50,622 nt of DNA from the NCBI GenBank assembly GCA_902797265.1, contig CADBSF010000060.1:1-50622 (forward strand). The letters are read 5' to 3'. Both the position numbers and the translations under genes were made by a program. Of this stretch, positions 47,308-50,622 are shown piece by piece. This stretch comes from an uncultured Erysipelotrichaceae bacterium. GTDB taxonomy: Bacteria > Bacillota_I > Bacilli_A > RF39 > UBA660. Position 1 is the stretch's first letter, and each line of letters begins with the position of its first letter. The notes under the pieces were generated by a model, which ran no database searches, was not told the origin of the DNA, and worked only from the letters and a program-made list of their open reading frames with translations.

Positions 47308-47594
47308 ATAATATCCCCCCAAATGAAAACAAAATTTGTTTTCAAATATGTTATATCATTTTCTTTTGTCTAATTATGACGAATTATGTCAAAAATAATA
47401 AAAAATGATATTTTCTATATATATAATACCGAAAAATATCATTTATCCGTAACAAAAATTTAAGGAAACTTAAATTGCTTTGGTCTTAACCTCCCAAAAT
47501 TCCTACTTCTAAGTAAAGGTAACCCTCTATTTCCACAGGCTTCAATTCCGATGATTGTCACCGTACTCATTTTAAACACACTTTCATTATAAAT

Positions 47595-47626
47595 AAAAAA
47601 AAGAATTATTTTTGCAAATAATTCTT
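47595..47626 (-). terminator. rho-independent terminator of dnaN
   Basis: Perfect 11-bp stem AAGAAUUAUUU/AAAUAAUUCUU with a 4-nt loop and a U-run. The stem overlaps the dnaN stop codon. Confidence 0.7.
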
Positions 47627-48752
47627 AATAAGTTCTAATTGGTAAAACTAATTGAGTAAGAGTTTCATCTTCTTGAGACTTAATTAAAATTGGTTTTATT
47701 TCTCCTACAAAATGCAAATCCACAGTTTCTGTTGAAAAACTTTTTAATGCTTCCATCATATATTTAGCACTAAAGGAAATTTTAATTTCTTCATCATTAT
47801 TTTTTACAATATTCATTTTTTCTTCTACTCTACCTATTTCAATAGAACTACTTTTTAATATCATATTATTACCATTCGTTTCTAACGTAACAATATTCTT
47901 TTCTTTATCACTAGTTAAAATACTAACACGATCAATCACATTATAAAAATCATTTAAATTAGTATGAATTACTAATATTGAATCATCAGGTAATAAATTA
48001 GAAGTATTAGGATAAGTACCATTAATCAATCTAGATTCAAATTTCAAATTTCCATTTTTAAATAATATTTTATTATTAAATATATGTAATTCTACAATAT
48101 CTTCATCATCTGATAATATCTTTGTAAATTCAACTAAATTTCTACTAGGAATAACAATATTATAGTTTTCTTCACTAGGTTTCTCTAAAGAAATTACTTT
48201 TCTAGCCAAACGATAAGAATCTGTTGAATTACATTCCAAGATATTTCCAACAACATTGAAATTAATTCCAGTTAAGACTGGTTTTGTTTCTTCATTAGAA
48301 GATGCAAAGGCTGTTTGATAAACAATATCCTTTAAAGTTCCAGCTAATATATCAATCTTTTTCTTACTTTCCTCTAATCCTATATTAGGATATTCACTTT
48401 CACTAATACCATTTAAATTAAATTCACTATTTTCTGTGTATATTAATATTTTTAATTCATCAATTACTTCTAGATTGATATACTCATCATTCAATTTTCT
48501 AACGATTTCAAGAATATACTTTCCTTGAATAATAATACTACCTTCATTTTCAATATGAAAATCTTTATCATCCGTTGATTCAATAGTAGTTTGAATTGTA
48601 ATATCATTATCACTAGCTGTTAAAATTAATTTTTTCTTTTTTAATTCAAACTTAATACCAGCTAAAACAGGAATTAAGTTCTTAGTAGAAATAGCTTTTG
48701 ATACTTTAGATAACGCCTCTAATAATAATTCTTTTTTAATTGTAAATTTCAT
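47625..48752 (-). CDS. dnaN: DNA polymerase III subunit beta (sliding clamp)
   Basis: 375 aa, three-domain clamp. MKFTIKKELLLEALSKVSKAIS...PVLAGIKF...LVLPIRTY. Follows dnaA. Confidence 0.96.
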   Translation of the reverse strand: MKFTIKKELLLEALSKVSKAISTKNLIPVLAGIKFELKKKKLILTASDNDITIQTTIESTDDKDFHIENEGSIIIQGKYILEIVRKLNDEYINLEVIDELKILIYTENSEFNLNGISESEYPNIGLEESKKKIDILAGTLKDIVYQTAFASSNEETKPVLTGINFNVVGNILECNSTDSYRLARKVISLEKPSEENYNIVIPSRNLVEFTKILSDDEDIVELHIFNNKILFKNGNLKFESRLINGTYPNTSNLLPDDSILVIHTNLNDFYNVIDRVSILTSDKEKNIVTLETNGNNMILKSSSIEIGRVEEKMNIVKNNDEEIKISFSAKYMMEALKSFSTETVDLHFVGEIKPILIKSQEDETLTQLVLPIRTY

Positions 48753-48790
48753 ATATTATTCCTTCTTTCTTATATTATTTTTATTATTAC

Positions 48791-48799
48791 TGTGGAAAA
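48791..48799. promoter_or_regulatory. DnaA box, 1 mismatch (TGTGGAAAA = TTTTCCACA)
   Basis: In the 131-bp dnaA-dnaN spacer, flanked by an A+T-only tract (TATTATTTTTATTATTAC) that could serve as the unwinding/DnaA-trio region. Confidence 0.55.
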
Positions 48800-48854
48800 A
48801 AGTTAAAAACATCTAATTTCCTTTTATTATAACAGTTTTTTTCAGAAAATAAAG

Positions 48855-48863
48855 TGTGAATAA
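48855..48863. promoter_or_regulatory. DnaA box, 1 mismatch (TGTGAATAA = TTATTCACA)
   Basis: Second box in the dnaA-dnaN spacer. Confidence 0.5.
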
Positions 48864-48883
48864 AATGGGAAAAACTCCTTTTT

Positions 48884-50257
48884 TTACACAACACCAATAT
48901 CTTTTTTTAATTTTTCAATAATATTAGCCAAATCTTTATTATTTTTTATTTCATTTTCTATCTTTTCAACAGAATACATAACAGTTGTATGATCCTTACC
49001 TCCAAATTCTATTGCAATTTTAGGAAAAGATTCATTAGTAAGATTTCTACAGAGGTACATGGCAATTTGTCTTGGAAAAGAAATATTTGCACTTCTTTTT
49101 TTACTTCGAATATCCTCAACTGATATTTGAAAGTATTCAGCTACAATTCTTTGTATTCTTTGAATATCATTCTTTTCTCCCATTCCTTTACTAACAAATT
49201 CTGTTAAAGCTTCAATGGCTAGATCTAAAGTAATATCCTTACCTCCCATCATAGCCGCATAAGCAATCAATCGATTAATAGAGCCCTCCAACTGCCTAAC
49301 ATCAGGTCCTATATTATTCGCAATATATTCAATTACCTCATCTGGAATATCATTTTCAAATTGACCAGCAACCAATTTCTTTCTTAATATTTCTTTCTTT
49401 AATGCTAAATCAGGAGGATAAATATTAACGGTTAATCCCCAAGAAAATCTAGTTTTAAGCCTATCAGCAAGTATTTTTAAATCATTTGGAGACCGATCAG
49501 AGGAAATGATAATTTGTTTGCTGTCATTAAATAGATTATTAAAAGTATTAAAAAATGACTCCTGAGATTTAGGACCTCTTAATAATTGAATATCATCAAT
49601 TAATAAAACATCGATACTTCTATATTTATTATTAAAGAAACTAATATAACTAAAATTCTCCTCATCTTCATTTTTATTATATACATTAATATAATCTTGC
49701 ATAAATTGTTCACTAGTAACATATAATACCTTTTTATTTGAATTTGTTACAATATAGTTTCCAATTGCATGCATTAAATGAGTTTTGCCTAATCCACTAT
49801 TTCCATATAAAAACAATGGATTATACATAGTACCAGGATTTTCCGCAACACTTAAAGCTGCCGCATGAGCAAATTTATTACTATTTCCAACAATAAAATT
49901 ATCAAACAAATATCTTTTATTTAAATTATTATTAACGTTATCATTAATAATAGAAGTATTAGTACTAGGATTCCCATTATTGATGGGGATAGTATCTTTT
50001 TTTAATTCTATTTCTTCTTTTAGAATAAATACTAAATCATAGTTTGAATTAGTAATATCATATAAAGTATTACTAATAAGATTTGAATAATTATCTTTTA
50101 AATGTTTTTTATGAATTGCCATAGGTACAATGATATAAGCTTTATCATTTTCAATTTTATTTAATTCCGTATCCTTAAACCAAGTTTCGTAAGAAAGAGA
50201 AGTCATTTCATCTTTTAAATGATTTAATAATTTTGACCAAAGTAATTCATAATTCAT
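48884..50257 (-). CDS. dnaA: chromosomal replication initiator protein DnaA
   Basis: 457 aa. Walker A GNSGLGKTHLMHAIGN, box VII/sensor motifs, and C-terminal DNA-binding helix GGKDHTTVMYSVEKI. Confidence 0.98.
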   Translation of the reverse strand: MNYELLWSKLLNHLKDEMTSLSYETWFKDTELNKIENDKAYIIVPMAIHKKHLKDNYSNLISNTLYDITNSNYDLVFILKEEIELKKDTIPINNGNPSTNTSIINDNVNNNLNKRYLFDNFIVGNSNKFAHAAALSVAENPGTMYNPLFLYGNSGLGKTHLMHAIGNYIVTNSNKKVLYVTSEQFMQDYINVYNKNEDEENFSYISFFNNKYRSIDVLLIDDIQLLRGPKSQESFFNTFNNLFNDSKQIIISSDRSPNDLKILADRLKTRFSWGLTVNIYPPDLALKKEILRKKLVAGQFENDIPDEVIEYIANNIGPDVRQLEGSINRLIAYAAMMGGKDITLDLAIEALTEFVSKGMGEKNDIQRIQRIVAEYFQISVEDIRSKKRSANISFPRQIAMYLCRNLTNESFPKIAIEFGGKDHTTVMYSVEKIENEIKNNKDLANIIEKLKKDIGVV

Positions 50258-50342
50258 AAGACCCTCTCCCCATAAGAATAACTAACATGATTTATTCTAA
50301 ACCAAATTATGGAAAAAAGGAACCATTTTTTTTGAAAAAATT

Positions 50343-50351
50343 TTATCAACA
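50343..50351. promoter_or_regulatory. DnaA box, 1 mismatch (TTATCAACA)
   Basis: In the dnaA-rpmH spacer. Confidence 0.45.
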
Positions 50352-50407
50352 AGAAATCCCCATTTTTTTCAACAAATAAAACTATTATAAATCAATAGAA
50401 AAAAACG

Positions 50408-50416
50408 TTTTCCACA
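50408..50416. promoter_or_regulatory. DnaA box, 1 mismatch (TTTTCCACA)
   Basis: First of two directly abutting boxes (TTTTCCACAcTTTTCCACA). Confidence 0.6.
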
Positions 50417-50417
50417 C

Positions 50418-50426
50418 TTTTCCACA
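50418..50426. promoter_or_regulatory. DnaA box, 1 mismatch (TTTTCCACA)
   Basis: Second of the tandem pair, with a 10-bp period. Confidence 0.6.
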
Positions 50427-50452
50427 ATTTTTTCTTAACATAAGAAAAAAAG

Positions 50453-50461
50453 AAATCCACA
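50453..50461. promoter_or_regulatory. DnaA box-like, 2 mismatches (AAATCCACA)
   Basis: Same orientation as the tandem pair, 27 bp further on. Confidence 0.4.
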
Positions 50462-50503
50462 TACTTGTGAAAATGTTTAAAACAAAAGAAAACAAAGTTT
50501 TAA

Positions 50504-50533
50504 TTGACAAAACGTAGAGATTATTATTATAAT
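50504..50533 (+). promoter_or_regulatory. sigma-A promoter of rpmH
   Basis: TTGACA (50504-50509), an 18-nt spacer, then TATAAT (50528-50533). The GGAGGTGG RBS lies at 50551-50558. Confidence 0.65.
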
Positions 50534-50562
50534 AGTGTAGATTTATGTCTGGAGGTGGAATA

Positions 50563-50622
50563 ATGAAAAGAACATATCAACCAAATAATCGTAAAAAATC
50601 AAAGAAATTAGGATTTTTTGCA
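50563..50622 (+). CDS. rpmH: 50S ribosomal protein L34 (first 20 codons; runs off the right edge)
   Basis: My translation gives MKRTYQPNNRKKSKKLGFFA, the conserved L34 N-terminus (compare MKRTFQPNNRKRSK.HGF). Divergent from dnaA, as in most bacteria. Confidence 0.9.
   Translation, partial: MKRTYQPNNRKKSKKLGFFA

Noticed and set aside
47460-47570. 36-codon minus-strand ORF (MSTVTIIGIEACGNRGLPLLRSRNFGRLRPKQFKFP) in the GC-richer island
   Set aside because: No Shine-Dalgarno sequence and no recognisable family. It starts right after the dnaN terminator. I kept the region as an unexplained-sequence finding rather than a CDS.
1-50622. Mobile elements, prophage, toxin-antitoxin or defence islands
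   Set aside because: I found no integrase, transposase, recombinase, terminal inverted repeats, tRNA attachment site or paired small-ORF cassette. All inserts relative to Bacillus synteny are single genes or short units flanked by core genes.

Overview
Origin-proximal chromosome segment of a very AT-rich (by eye under 30 % GC) Firmicute. It carries endospore-associated genes (bofA, yabG, yabP, yabQ, spoVG, veg). Every gene from rpoC (left edge) to dnaA lies on the minus strand. oriC DnaA boxes and a plus-strand rpmH sit at the right edge, so the whole window is co-oriented with replication leaving oriC. Gene order is a compacted, almost collinear copy of the Bacillus subtilis origin region. 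Read from oriC leftwards it runs: dnaA-dnaN-(comK-like)-recF-gyrB-gyrA / ffs-tadA-dnaX-ybaB-recR-bofA-holB-ricT-trmN6-rsmI-pth-mfd / metG-tatD / sipW-rsmA-yabG-veg-spoVG-yabP-yabQ-divIC-tilS-ftsH / mscL-dusB-lysS / mrnC-rlmB-sigH-like-secE-nusG-rplKAJL-methyltransferase-rpoB-rpoC. I saw no rRNA or tRNA genes, transposases, integrases or CRISPR. The most unusual feature is the 650-bp gyrA/ffs intergenic region. It holds six to seven tandem 97-bp units, each with a perfect or near-perfect ParB parS palindrome (TGTTTCACGTGAAACA) and a Noc-binding-site palindrome (TATTTCCCGGGAAATA), alternating every 48-49 bp about 9.5 kb from oriC. Several insertions interrupt the conserved backbone. These are a SipW-type signal peptidase beside two paralogous TasA/CalY-like membrane-anchored proteins; a pair of small coiled-coil genes (one WXG-like) plus about 700 bp of non-coding DNA between rplL and the methyltransferase gene; a tail-anchored degenerate-kinase-like protein next to the SigH-like sigma factor; and a ComK homolog between dnaN and recF. 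All functional calls rest on my own reading of motifs and synteny. No database search was run.
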